35,270 bases of DNA, taken from positions 1-35,270 of the forward strand of contig JABCTC010000035.1 of the NCBI GenBank assembly GCA_018238545.1, written 5' to 3'. Made by a program: the position numbers and the translations under genes. Position 1 is the stretch's first letter. Each line of letters begins with the position of its first letter. Below the pieces are notes generated by a model that saw only the letters and a list, made by a program, of their open reading frames with translations, was not told the DNA's origin and ran no database searches. This DNA comes from Candidatus Heimdallarchaeota archaeon. GTDB lineage: Archaea > Asgardarchaeota > Heimdallarchaeia > Heimdallarchaeales > Heimdallarchaeaceae. Shown piece after piece: positions 26,402 through 35,270 of this stretch.

Positions 26402-28505
26402 AACTATATTCTTTTTCATCCAATTCTGATTCAATGAGAATTGGCATCATAATTTCGAAAATCGAACCTTTTTTCCAGTCTTTTTCATCTATTTCTGTCA
26501 TCTGGACCAAATAGTTGTACTTTTTAGCTATTTCATTTACAATCATAAATCCAAGATGTTTACGAACAGTTTCGTCAAAAGGTGACAAACTGAGAGCTCT
26601 TTGAATTTCTTCTCTTATCTCAGGATGCGTTCCTTCTCTATCAATAATTTTGACTTTAATAAACGGCTCATCTTTAATAAAGCACTGCTCACCAGAAATC
26701 TCAATCTTAACTTCGTTGTTTGCAGACTTTTGAATCAAACTTGTAAGCGTATAGAGAAATAATTCATAAAGAAAAACACCAGCGACCACTCTTGTTTCTG
26801 TAGGAAGAACATTAGTGATGTCAATTTCCTTATCTTCAAATTCTTCATTGATTTTTGTTATGACTCTTTCAATTGTCATTTTTAGAGGAATATACATCCT
26901 TTCTGCGCTCGTTGATATATCTAATACACTTGAGAGTAGCCTAATATCTTGAACAATAGCTGTTCCTCTTTTTACAAGGGTGCTTACTCGTTGTATGACT
27001 TGATTCTCTTCCGGAGAATTTTTGTCATCTAATAATTCATAATAACCAGAAATACCGAAGAGAATATTGTAAATGTCATGGGTAAGCACATTTAGGTACA
27101 TTCGCGATCTGTTTGAGTACTCTTCAGCAATTGATTGTAATTTTGTTGCTTCGGATATATCAACAAGAGACAATGCAACACAATATTCTCCTGTAAGATT
27201 GTTAATTGTTGGTGATAATTGAACAAAGAACGTTCGGGTATCTAACTGCCCGAATTGAGCAACTTCTATATCGACTTTCATTGTTCCTTTCACGATATTA
27301 GTTATTACATCGCTTATTTTATCGCGAATTAGAACCGCTTTTTCCTCTTGTAGTTTTAAGGAATAGCCCAGTTTCAATCCTATTGTTTCATCATGATTTA
27401 GATTGAAAGTTTTTTCAGCTTGTTTGTTAAGGTATAGTATCTCGTTTTTGTTGTTAACAAGTAAGATAGGGAAAGATGAATATTCAGAAGTTTGTGTTAT
27501 TTGTTGAATGTCATCTAGCAACCTTTTTCGTTGGAGGGTGAGAAACAGCTGATTTGCTAAGATTCTAAGGAAATGAATATTGGTTTCTGACAGGTTTTCC
27601 TTGGAGGGAGATAATACTAGAAGAAATCCAAGCATAATATTTGTTGAACCAATTGGGAGTATAACACCAAACTGTTCAGAATAGATTGAAAAATCTACAT
27701 CTTCTATTTTGCTTGATGTGTTAAAGTATGGTAAATTAGATACCACCAAATTTGGCTTAGAATAATAATTCACTATCTCCTCGTTTAAACCAATATGTTG
27801 AATAAGCGTAAAATGATCAACATCTTTGATAAAAACGCCTATACTCTCAATATCTGTTCTCTTCTTAACTTTAGGGAGAATGTTGCTAAGAATAATTTTA
27901 ACTTCTGTCGTTTCTAATGTAAGATTTGACATCTCGACAATAAGTTCTGTTTGTTGTTGTTTCAGTAAAGAGCTATATTCTTCAACCCAAGAGGAAATTA
28001 GAGCAGATATTGTATGAGAAACACCATTAATTATTTCAAAATAGTTTTCTTCATTATATTTCTTAGTTTCAGGAAATAGAAAGGTTGTGAGTGTACCTAT
28101 AATGGTTGAATTATCATAAAATAAAGGTGTAATTATCGCCTCGCTGATGCCTTTTTCAATTAGTTTTTCTTTTAATGCAAATTTATTTGAAAGTGTATCC
28201 ATTTGAACCCAGATTGGCTTAGATGAAGTAAAAATATCAGAGTAGGGATTATCGCTTTCAAATGCGTCCATTTCAAACTCTAATTCTTCTTTTTTTATAT
28301 CTGCACCAGAAATTGAAAAAGGTACGAGTAATTGCGTCTCTTGGTCATAAAAATTAATGAGTACAAGAGAAGGATTGAGGGTTTTTTCAATGATACTGCT
28401 AAGATTCTGGATGATCTCAAGAACACCTTTAATCTCCTTAAGCTCCCCTCTCTGCAATAATTTAAGGAATTCAAACAAATTAGTCTTAGTATGGTAATCA
28501 TCCAT
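26388..28505 (-). CDS. GAF-GAF-PAS sensor histidine kinase-like protein with degenerate ATPase domain
   Basis: Two GAF-like regions, PAS (PILLVN...ILYLNKQAE..F), H-box LTHDIYN; N, G1 and G2 boxes degenerate. Confidence 0.8.
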   Translation of the reverse strand: MDDYHTKTNLFEFLKLLQRGELKEIKGVLEIIQNLSSIIEKTLNPSLVLINFYDQETQLLVPFSISGADIKKEELEFEMDAFESDNPYSDIFTSSKPIWVQMDTLSNKFALKEKLIEKGISEAIITPLFYDNSTIIGTLTTFLFPETKKYNEENYFEIINGVSHTISALISSWVEEYSSLLKQQQTELIVEMSNLTLETTEVKIILSNILPKVKKRTDIESIGVFIKDVDHFTLIQHIGLNEEIVNYYSKPNLVVSNLPYFNTSSKIEDVDFSIYSEQFGVILPIGSTNIMLGFLLVLSPSKENLSETNIHFLRILANQLFLTLQRKRLLDDIQQITQTSEYSSFPILLVNNKNEILYLNKQAEKTFNLNHDETIGLKLGYSLKLQEEKAVLIRDKISDVITNIVKGTMKVDIEVAQFGQLDTRTFFVQLSPTINNLTGEYCVALSLVDISEATKLQSIAEEYSNRSRMYLNVLTHDIYNILFGISGYYELLDDKNSPEENQVIQRVSTLVKRGTAIVQDIRLLSSVLDISTSAERMYIPLKMTIERVITKINEEFEDKEIDITNVLPTETRVVAGVFLYELFLYTLTSLIQKSANNEVKIEISGEQCFIKDEPFIKVKIIDREGTHPEIREEIQRALSLSPFDETVRKHLGFMIVNEIAKKYNYLVQMTEIDEKDWKKGSIFEIMMPILIESELDEKEYSSTIG

Positions 28506-28759
28506 CTATGATATCTCTCCACGGACAGTATCTAACATGTTAACATCTTATTTTGATTATTTTTCAAACCTTTTTACGTTTTTAGTAAGTTACATTGTTT
28601 TTGATAACTATTATTACTCCCATTGATTATTTAATGATTGTGTCAATCTGTTATGAAAGAGAATAACTTTGTATTTTCTACTAATTTTCAATATAATCAT
28701 TAGCCTAAACCAAAAATATTTATGAATGGATTTGTTATAATTCTATCGAGGAGATTTCC

Positions 28760-29743
28760 ATGTTAGAGGATATAACTAAAACACTTTCAGAATATTCTAA
28801 CCTAATCTTTGGATTCTTTTTAGGAGATAAAGAGGGTAAAATATTAAAGGAGAGTGTGTTTAGCCCTGATAATTGTCCTCAACAGATTTTATCAAATGTT
28901 CTCAAAGCTTTCTGCACATTTGCAGAGGATACTCAAATTTCTAACAAAGGAACTATAGAACTAACAAAATCCAAAATATCCTTTATTAAAATTCAAGACA
29001 TTACTTATGTTTTGAATCATAATTTGCCTGATAAAATAATTGCTGAAACATTAATTGAGCAACTATCAATAATATTCGAGGAGAAGTCAAAAACAAAATT
29101 CTATAGTGGTGATCCTCAGAGCGTTTTTTCAGGCGCATCAGCTGTTTTTAATCAAACTACAGAAGAAATTTTTGGTGACGTGCTTTCTTTCCAAAAGCGT
29201 AAGGATCAAGAAAAGGAAGCCGTTTCATTGGAACTTGAGCTAATTGATGTTTCCATCAACTATGATGAGATTGCTTTTTTGCCTCAGATTATTGGAGAGA
29301 AAAAAGCACCTAAAAAACCAGCTTCAGAGGGGACAAAGAAAACAAAAGAGGAAAGCGATTTTTCTAAAGAGCAAAAATTAGGTGCAGTAACCTTCAACAT
29401 CTTAAATTCTATCAGTGGGATTGAACACCTGGTTTTTGTTGAGCATGATGATGAAACTACTAATCTTTTCTATCAGAATGGGAAACTAGATGAGAGTTTT
29501 GTAAATAAAACTCTAAAGATTTGTGAAAAATTTCTCCCAGATATCTTAGAAATGCTGAATGATGAAAGTTTAGAGAAATCTATAGATGTAACAGAATCAT
29601 ATCAGATAATATTTGTTCTACTTGATGAAAATAATTTCTTCTATGCCATTACCAAAAAGAATGTAGATGCTGTTTTATTGAGCCCAGTTTTTGAGAGAAT
29701 TGCGAAAAGAATCAAGGATGTTGTTATAGATTACAAAACATGA
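28760..29743 (+). CDS. Hypothetical protein with two roadblock/longin-like domains
   Basis: N-domain (helix, IFGFFLGDKEGKIL, helix, three strands, helix) and C-domain (ISGIEHLVFV...YQIIFVLLDENNFFYAIT...LLSPVFERIAKRIKDV) joined by a charged linker. Confidence 0.55.
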   Translation: MLEDITKTLSEYSNLIFGFFLGDKEGKILKESVFSPDNCPQQILSNVLKAFCTFAEDTQISNKGTIELTKSKISFIKIQDITYVLNHNLPDKIIAETLIEQLSIIFEEKSKTKFYSGDPQSVFSGASAVFNQTTEEIFGDVLSFQKRKDQEKEAVSLELELIDVSINYDEIAFLPQIIGEKKAPKKPASEGTKKTKEESDFSKEQKLGAVTFNILNSISGIEHLVFVEHDDETTNLFYQNGKLDESFVNKTLKICEKFLPDILEMLNDESLEKSIDVTESYQIIFVLLDENNFFYAITKKNVDAVLLSPVFERIAKRIKDVVIDYKT

Positions 29744-29900
29744 GTGACCTTTCCGAACGTTAACGAACATTAAAGGTCTTCAACTGTTATCATCTCTGCG
29801 TCGATTACTCTAAACAGTCCAACAGTGAGGATGACTCACGGCATCCACTGTCCCGTAGGTGAAAACCAGCGGGAATACTTTTCGACCGATATTGCCAGCT
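29744..29900 (-). ncRNA. Predicted TnpB omegaRNA scaffold (5' end approximate)
   Basis: Overlaps the tnpB 3' end; stems ACAGTG/CACTGT and the terminal right-end hairpin. Location follows established IS605 biology. Confidence 0.55.
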
Positions 29901-31018
29901 GAGTTGCAATCAGCGTTAAGCAGGATACCGGTTGTGCTTCTGAATAAACCTCGTTTCAACCTTCTTCCTAGATATTTGGGATGTTTTGTGATTACCTCGT
30001 TATCTAGAAACGAACATTTGGATGTATAATCTTCTTCCGTCAAGATGACTTTTATCCCTACCTCTTCTGCTTTATATTGAAGTTTGCGTACCAAGGTTAA
30101 GAAAGGAATAGAAACGAAATTCTGATTGTTTCTCTTCCCCATCTTGCTCTTCTGTTTCCATTTCTTGTTATAACCAATAACGATGGTTCCTATGTGATTT
30201 TCCAAACATTGGTCGATGACGATCCTTGAAGCTTTATGAAGATAGTCTTCCACCCGTTGATAGCGTTTGTCTATCACTTTCTTCATCCTCTGCCCGTAAC
30301 CTTCTAATTTTTGTAAATCATACGTAGATTGGAGACGGGCACACTCTTTGTTATACCATTGGTTGATAGCCTTCAGTTTCCTCCCGCGAATGAGGAAAGG
30401 GGAAAAAGCGTTACTCACACAGGCCAAGAGATTGTTCACCCCTAAATCTATGGCTAAGATATTCTTTGCCTGAAGGGCTTGTTTCGATGACTCTTGTTTT
30501 ATTTCTCGGTCATAAATTATCTCTAAGATGAAACATGTTCCTTTAGGGAGTAAACGGATGTGATTGATCTTACTCCCTTTCTCCAGCCTTGTTTTCACTT
30601 TCAACCCTACTTTTTTGGGAAAATGCAACCACCCCTCTTCTTTCACTTTTGCTTGGTTAGCTGTGAAATAGATGGTGTGGAACCCTAGTTTTTTCTTATA
30701 TTTGGGCGCATGGGGTGGAGAGAGGAATTTTCGCGGTTGCTTCTTGTACTCTTTTTTTGCTCTGAAATACGCTTTCCAGTTTTTTACTAAAAATTTTATC
30801 GTCTGTTGAGCGGAGTGGGGGATAAAGTCAGCATAGCAAGGATGATAACGTATCATGCTCACTAACTCATACTCTGAGGTCATATATTTACTATTTTTCA
30901 GTTGTCTTTTGATGATATAATTGCCATAATTATACACATTTTTGCTCTGTCTTGCTAACTGCATAAGCGTGAAACTATGTTTCACTTTTATCCGTTCAGT
31001 TCTTCTAACGAGCATCAC
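29810..31018 (-). CDS. tnpB: RNA-guided endonuclease TnpB
   Basis: KNVYNYG, AIDLGVNNL (RuvC-I), DYLHKASR, LQYKAE, EEDYTSK, NADCN.A.NI (RuvC-III). Confidence 0.95.
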   Translation of the reverse strand: MMLVRRTERIKVKHSFTLMQLARQSKNVYNYGNYIIKRQLKNSKYMTSEYELVSMIRYHPCYADFIPHSAQQTIKFLVKNWKAYFRAKKEYKKQPRKFLSPPHAPKYKKKLGFHTIYFTANQAKVKEEGWLHFPKKVGLKVKTRLEKGSKINHIRLLPKGTCFILEIIYDREIKQESSKQALQAKNILAIDLGVNNLLACVSNAFSPFLIRGRKLKAINQWYNKECARLQSTYDLQKLEGYGQRMKKVIDKRYQRVEDYLHKASRIVIDQCLENHIGTIVIGYNKKWKQKSKMGKRNNQNFVSIPFLTLVRKLQYKAEEVGIKVILTEEDYTSKCSFLDNEVITKHPKYLGRRLKRGLFRSTTGILLNADCNSAGNIGRKVFPLVFTYGTVDAVSHPHCWTV

Positions 31019-31126
31019 TACTACCCTCCTTATTACATTATTTAAACCTAAAAACTCTCTCTGAACCTACGTGTTAATGCGGGATAAGGCGGAAAATTTG
31101 ATCATCAAAAGACTAGCGTTTGAGTT

Positions 31127-32200
31127 TCACAGCACATTTCTTTGAATTACCGGTTCAGAAATGCTGATTTTCTCATGTATTAGGTTACTTTCCCATTCGT
31201 TTTTACATGAACAACTAATCTCTTTGTTTAACACTCCAATATCTTGGGACATTGTAAACTCCTTTATCGCATTGATAACGAGCTGATCACATTCACCACA
31301 ATTGTGAGCCCCTCTAACATTACCACCTGCAACAATATCACAAATTAATCTTAATTCTGGATATTGTTTCTTAATTTCTTTACATACGTAAAGAAGAGAC
31401 CATAGCCAAGGTGTTCTGTATTCATTCTTTTCGAATAACTGCGAAAGAAATGTTCCACGATGGATACTTATGGCATTGATCGAGATAGTATCAATACCTA
31501 AGGAAACTATCTTTGTTGCGCTTAATAGCATATCACGCATTGAATCATATTCAGAAACGAAAGGAGGTTTGAACAATAGATATGCCTTGACTCGTGCACC
31601 ATTTTCTATTATTTTATTTGCAGCTTTTTCAAAATCCTCCCAGAAGAAACCTTTGTTTATAGAGTTCATAAGGATGGAATTGCTTGAGCTTTCTAATCCA
31701 ATCGCTATTTCTAGTATGGACATATCTATTCTCTTTGATATATTTTTAAGTGATGAATCTTTAATGTATTCGGGTCTAGATTCAATCACCACCTCTTTAA
31801 TTACCTCATACTGAGATAGCTCTTCAAGCATTTTAAATTGAAATTCTTCTGGAACTTCTTTTGTATCAAGAAAACTCCCACTTGTAAAAATCTTCACTGA
31901 ATACAAGAATTCTTTATTTAGTTTGTTCTTCAAAATCTTTTGAAATGATGATAAAATAATCTCAAAATCAGGTTGTTGAGGATTATCGTAAATATACCCA
32001 CAAATCGAACAACCACCACTGCCTGATAGTGCCCATGAGCATCCTCCTGTAGGGAGAATAAAAACTAAAGCTTTTCCTTGCTCCGTTAGAAGACGAGTAT
32101 CTTCTTCCCAGAAGACTACTTTTCGAGAATGTTTTCTAGAGGGAAGTTCTGCTTCTCTAATTTGCTTGATTCTCTCAGCAAAGTTTCTGTTAATTTTCAT
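31127..32200 (-). CDS. Archaeosine biosynthesis radical SAM protein RaSEA
   Basis: LPTGGCSWA..GGCSICGY, KIFTSGSFLD..EVP, ESRPEY, AYLLFKPPF, PWLWS, RGAHNCGECD; translationally coupled to arcS. Confidence 0.92.
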   Translation of the reverse strand: MKINRNFAERIKQIREAELPSRKHSRKVVFWEEDTRLLTEQGKALVFILPTGGCSWALSGSGGCSICGYIYDNPQQPDFEIILSSFQKILKNKLNKEFLYSVKIFTSGSFLDTKEVPEEFQFKMLEELSQYEVIKEVVIESRPEYIKDSSLKNISKRIDMSILEIAIGLESSSNSILMNSINKGFFWEDFEKAANKIIENGARVKAYLLFKPPFVSEYDSMRDMLLSATKIVSLGIDTISINAISIHRGTFLSQLFEKNEYRTPWLWSLLYVCKEIKKQYPELRLICDIVAGGNVRGAHNCGECDQLVINAIKEFTMSQDIGVLNKEISCSCKNEWESNLIHEKISISEPVIQRNVL

Positions 32201-34101
32201 TTTTTACTCCTCACTTTCTTCTTAACTTCTGCAACAATCCCTGAAGTCATCTTGTTCATATCACTTCCAGAAACAAAAGCAGTTGCTGTAGCTATTATTT
32301 GATCTTCATGAACTATGAAAATTTCATCGTTTGGTTGGATTCGTTCATTAGCATGAATGACACCAGGGGCATAAATGTTGCTCCCAGAAACCCGTTCGGC
32401 CCCAAATTCAAGGATGTTTTCGGTTTTGCTCAAAATCAAATTGGCAGGTTTTGGAAAGAGAGACAAATATCCGCTTTTGGTAGCATAAGTTGCTATGTGT
32501 TCATTCTCTTTGTAGATATGTTGGTCACGAGGAAATTTACCTTTAATCCTTACAGAATAGGGGAACAAAATTACGCCAGTTCCTAATCCATATTCAAAAT
32601 CTGCAACAGCTTGCATCTTCCTTATTTTGCTCGAGATTCCTTTTTGGTCAGATGTTTTTGTTGCTTGTTGGATTTCTACTAAAGTGTCAGTCAACTGTTG
32701 ACAAGCTTCTTCACTTGTTGGATTTGCATCTTTAGCCGTATCTTTAATATCAAAAGATGAAGTGGTTCTGATTTTTTCCACAATGTCCTCGTACCCTTTT
32801 CCATGTGTATGATTTACGACTACAGTGTCCTTTGGAAAATGTGATAAAACATCCTTTAGAAGTTCCGCTGTAACTTCAATCTCCTTTTCAGACCACCCAC
32901 CTGAAACAGGAATGTCATAATATTTTACTGGATAAATATCTTCTAGTTCACGTGGGACGACAGATAATGGTGATGTTATAATCAATTCAGTAAGTGACTT
33001 GAATACACCCTTTCCAGCTTTTCTCATGGCTTTATGAAAGAACTTGTGAGACCTTGAAAATGAATAAGGTTTCCTTGCTGAGCAAGGCAATAGTATAACT
33101 AAATTTGAATTGGGATCAGGTTTATACCTCTTTCGCACTCTCTCTCTAAATTCTGTTATCAAGGGTCGATCAAATGATTCTTCCCCTATACATCTGACGG
33201 GAGAAGATGATATCATTGGTGTTCTTATTCGAAGATTTTCGTTGAAATGAGTATCAACTCTCTTGAGTGCTGCTGCAAAACTCACATTATTATGAACATC
33301 TTTCTCAACCTGTGCTCGAAAAATACCTCTTTCAATTGAATATCTTATTCGAGATAGTGTATTCTTAATTACCATTTCATTGTGTTTAAACAGATTGGGT
33401 TCTAGACCATTACAATGAGGACAATAACATTTTGGATGGATGGATTGCCTGTAAACTTGATCCTCTGTAAGAAAGTAACCGTTTTTTGATACATAGTATG
33501 CAATAGAGTTATCGAAGAAATCTACCCCCATATAAACTAAAAATGAATAAAGAGAAGGTGATATGGGACCAGGAGCATATAATGCAATATCTGGAGATAA
33601 CATCTCTCTCAGTTGCACCAGTGTTTCTACTATACGGCGTTGATTGCTAAATAATGAGGTTAAACCAGAGAGAATGTATAACGAACACTCTGTCTCCATG
33701 ATTTCTTTAATGCGTGGATTATTTATTTGAGAAACAGGTAATGTGAATATAGCTGTTTCTAATTTCGAAGAAGACAGGAATCTATCTAAATAATTTTCAA
33801 AATCACTTACAACAAAGCTTTCATCGGCAAAAGGAGGGTAAAACGGTTGTTCTGTCAATTGGAATTTAGTTGAATGATATTTATCCATTTTGTCTTCTGG
33901 CAGTATCCAAGTCAAACTATAATCAGTTTTACTCAGATCATCAAACTGAGGCGGAAAAGGCACATCAAAAACAGCTGTATAACCTTTAGTTATCTCAGGT
34001 TGGTTTATAGCTACCATGCCTGGTGATAGCGGAAAATGAGTCCTTGTCTCAGCTAATATTCGTGCATATCCAAGTTGTCTAATAGGCTGAAAGAATCTCA
34101 T
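32197..34101 (-). CDS. arcS: Archaeosine synthase alpha subunit ArcS (TGT-like plus PUA)
   Basis: YMGVDFFD, C.C..C..H zinc site, LLPCSARKPYSFSRSH, TSPL.VVPRELE..YP...YDIPV.G.W, C-terminal PUA domain. Confidence 0.9.
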   Translation of the reverse strand: MRFFQPIRQLGYARILAETRTHFPLSPGMVAINQPEITKGYTAVFDVPFPPQFDDLSKTDYSLTWILPEDKMDKYHSTKFQLTEQPFYPPFADESFVVSDFENYLDRFLSSSKLETAIFTLPVSQINNPRIKEIMETECSLYILSGLTSLFSNQRRIVETLVQLREMLSPDIALYAPGPISPSLYSFLVYMGVDFFDNSIAYYVSKNGYFLTEDQVYRQSIHPKCYCPHCNGLEPNLFKHNEMVIKNTLSRIRYSIERGIFRAQVEKDVHNNVSFAAALKRVDTHFNENLRIRTPMISSSPVRCIGEESFDRPLITEFRERVRKRYKPDPNSNLVILLPCSARKPYSFSRSHKFFHKAMRKAGKGVFKSLTELIITSPLSVVPRELEDIYPVKYYDIPVSGGWSEKEIEVTAELLKDVLSHFPKDTVVVNHTHGKGYEDIVEKIRTTSSFDIKDTAKDANPTSEEACQQLTDTLVEIQQATKTSDQKGISSKIRKMQAVADFEYGLGTGVILFPYSVRIKGKFPRDQHIYKENEHIATYATKSGYLSLFPKPANLILSKTENILEFGAERVSGSNIYAPGVIHANERIQPNDEIFIVHEDQIIATATAFVSGSDMNKMTSGIVAEVKKKVRSKK

Positions 34102-34204
34102 TTGTACATCAAATCACTTATTCAAAGTAGGAAAAGAGATGGGCAATAAAAATAATGTGTTATAATAGAGAAAAGGTTGGAAGAGTAATGTAAAGAAAGA
34201 TTAC

Positions 34205-35002
34205 TCATGATATTTTGTTGTATTCAAGAGTGTCAACCTTGAACTTTGCATATTCAAAATCACCTTCGGGAAGATTCCATTCAGCAACAAATTCAGTCGG
34301 AACTTTGAACCCATTAAATTCTTTATAATTGCTAAAATGTCCGCCCCACTTATCCATGGAGAAGCCTTTTTTGATACCTCGAGCTCTTTGCTCAGCTTCA
34401 AACTTGATTATTTCTCCTTTATCGTTAAAGGTGAAAATACCTTTCTCTTCAAGACCTTTATCTCGAATAGTGATTTGAGCAGAAGAAGAATCTATCTCTT
34501 TCCAAGTGATGTTTTGTAAAGTGAGAAAAACTGTAGGTATCAAAGGCATCTCAGAAAGATAACGGAGCAGAGAAGCAGCATTACATTCAGGACCCTTGCT
34601 TGTACCCATAGGAATTATACCATTTAACTTGATGCGTACTTCACCTATTCCCTTGTAATAGAAATCTCTAGCTTTGATTGAAAGGATAGGTAAGGGTTTA
34701 ATTTTACCTTCCCAATAAAAAGCCGGGACATCACCTAAGTAATAATACATGCCTGTGATAGGAAACCAAGGTTGTTCAGGACTTGTTCGAAACTCCCCAG
34801 AATGAGTAAGTTTAGCGAAGAAAATTTGTTCAAATGTTTCAGGGAAAATATACTCAAAATACTTCTGAACGATGGGAGGAAACGCACTATAATCTCCACT
34901 AGAGATAGATGTTCTGTTGATATATGACGAAAGAGTTGCATGATTCAAGAAGGTTTTTTTCATCAAGAAGAAAGGAGAAAGATGTAATATAAGATTTTGC
35001 AA
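34205..35002 (-). CDS. DUF6544-like hypothetical protein (start uncertain, possibly ATG 34963)
   Basis: P.IVQKYF, G.FR...W, F.W, RD.Y..G.G, LLRYLSE....PT, W..ID, W......YKEFNG.KVP......W.L.EG.F.Y pattern. Confidence 0.65.
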   Translation of the reverse strand: MQNLILHLSPFFLMKKTFLNHATLSSYINRTSISSGDYSAFPPIVQKYFEYIFPETFEQIFFAKLTHSGEFRTSPEQPWFPITGMYYYLGDVPAFYWEGKIKPLPILSIKARDFYYKGIGEVRIKLNGIIPMGTSKGPECNAASLLRYLSEMPLIPTVFLTLQNITWKEIDSSSAQITIRDKGLEEKGIFTFNDKGEIIKFEAEQRARGIKKGFSMDKWGGHFSNYKEFNGFKVPTEFVAEWNLPEGDFEYAKFKVDTLEYNKIS

Positions 35003-35180
35003 GAGTATGTGGTTACCAACATCATTCTTTCAATCGTAGAACGTTCCTATGTTTGATGAGATAGTAGGATTTGAAGAAAATGTCTATGATAAAAAATGGC
35101 GTGAATAAATAGCATGAAAGATAAACTAAACCATATCTGAATGCTTGGACACCGTTAGCAACAGCTGATTAAAATCTTAT

Positions 35181-35270
35181 TCAATCTTGCCAGAAGTCTC
35201 TGAGTTGTCCCTCATTGCATGTTGAGGTGGTGATGGTTAATATCTCTCCAATTTTCTTCCATTTTTCTAC
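35181..35270 (-). CDS. Possible 3' end of a CDS running in from beyond the window
   Basis: Open frame VEKWKKIGEILTITTSTCNEGQLRDFWQD*; too short to assign. Confidence 0.25.
   Translation of the reverse strand, partial: VEKWKKIGEILTITTSTCNEGQLRDFWQD

Larger units (their letters stand above)
29744..31103 (-). mobile_element. IS200/IS605-family (IS1341-type, tnpB-only) element
   Basis: Right end GACCTTT...AAAGGTC hairpin ending TCAC at 29744; candidate TTGAT target at 31104-31108; no tnpA. Left boundary approximate. Confidence 0.75.

Noticed and set aside
2166-34941. Remaining short ORFs nested in or antisense to confident genes
   Set aside because: Fully overlapped by well-supported CDSs and lacking motifs.
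34970-35108. Plus-strand frame interrupted by TAG (…MWLPTSFFQS*NVPMFDEIVGFEENVYDKKWRE*) as pseudogene or readthrough
   Set aside because: Too short and no recognisable family.

Overview
AT-rich archaeal chromosomal segment, most likely from an Asgard archaeon (Heimdallarchaeia-like). That placement is inferred from archaeal marker genes, GGTGA Shine-Dalgarno sites and several eukaryote-signature-like orphans. Housekeeping content: SRP (7S) RNA, rubrerythrin, tRNA thiolase NcsA/Ncs6, site-2 protease, pelota, Hjc, Ard1/RimI, NfnAB, TruD, Pth2, NusA-like, L40e (missing from the ORF track), DnaG, TyrRS, tRNA-Val(CAC), a C5 methyltransferase, geranylgeranyl reductase, EF-1beta and ArcS plus RaSEA. 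There is one IS605/IS1341-type tnpB-only element. The first ~715 bp (GC-rich korB 3' part fused to a serine-recombinase fragment) look foreign or chimeric. The most interesting signals are RNA-level: (1) a canonical bulge-helix-bulge motif closing a non-permuted SRP RNA, predicting EndA/RtcB processing to a 304-nt, possibly circular, RNA; (2) an unassigned ~250-nt multi-hairpin RNA between tyrS and tRNA-Val; (3) a long structured leader upstream of a dnaG that carries an Arg/Ser-rich repeat IDR. Protein-level oddities are a stand-alone C2-like protein, a double V4R/TRAPP-like protein, a histidine pseudokinase, a tandem roadblock/longin-like protein, a four-gene coiled-coil/ArsR operon and a TnpB with a Fanzor-type rearranged RuvC-II. 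All calls are by-eye motif recognition; no searches were run.
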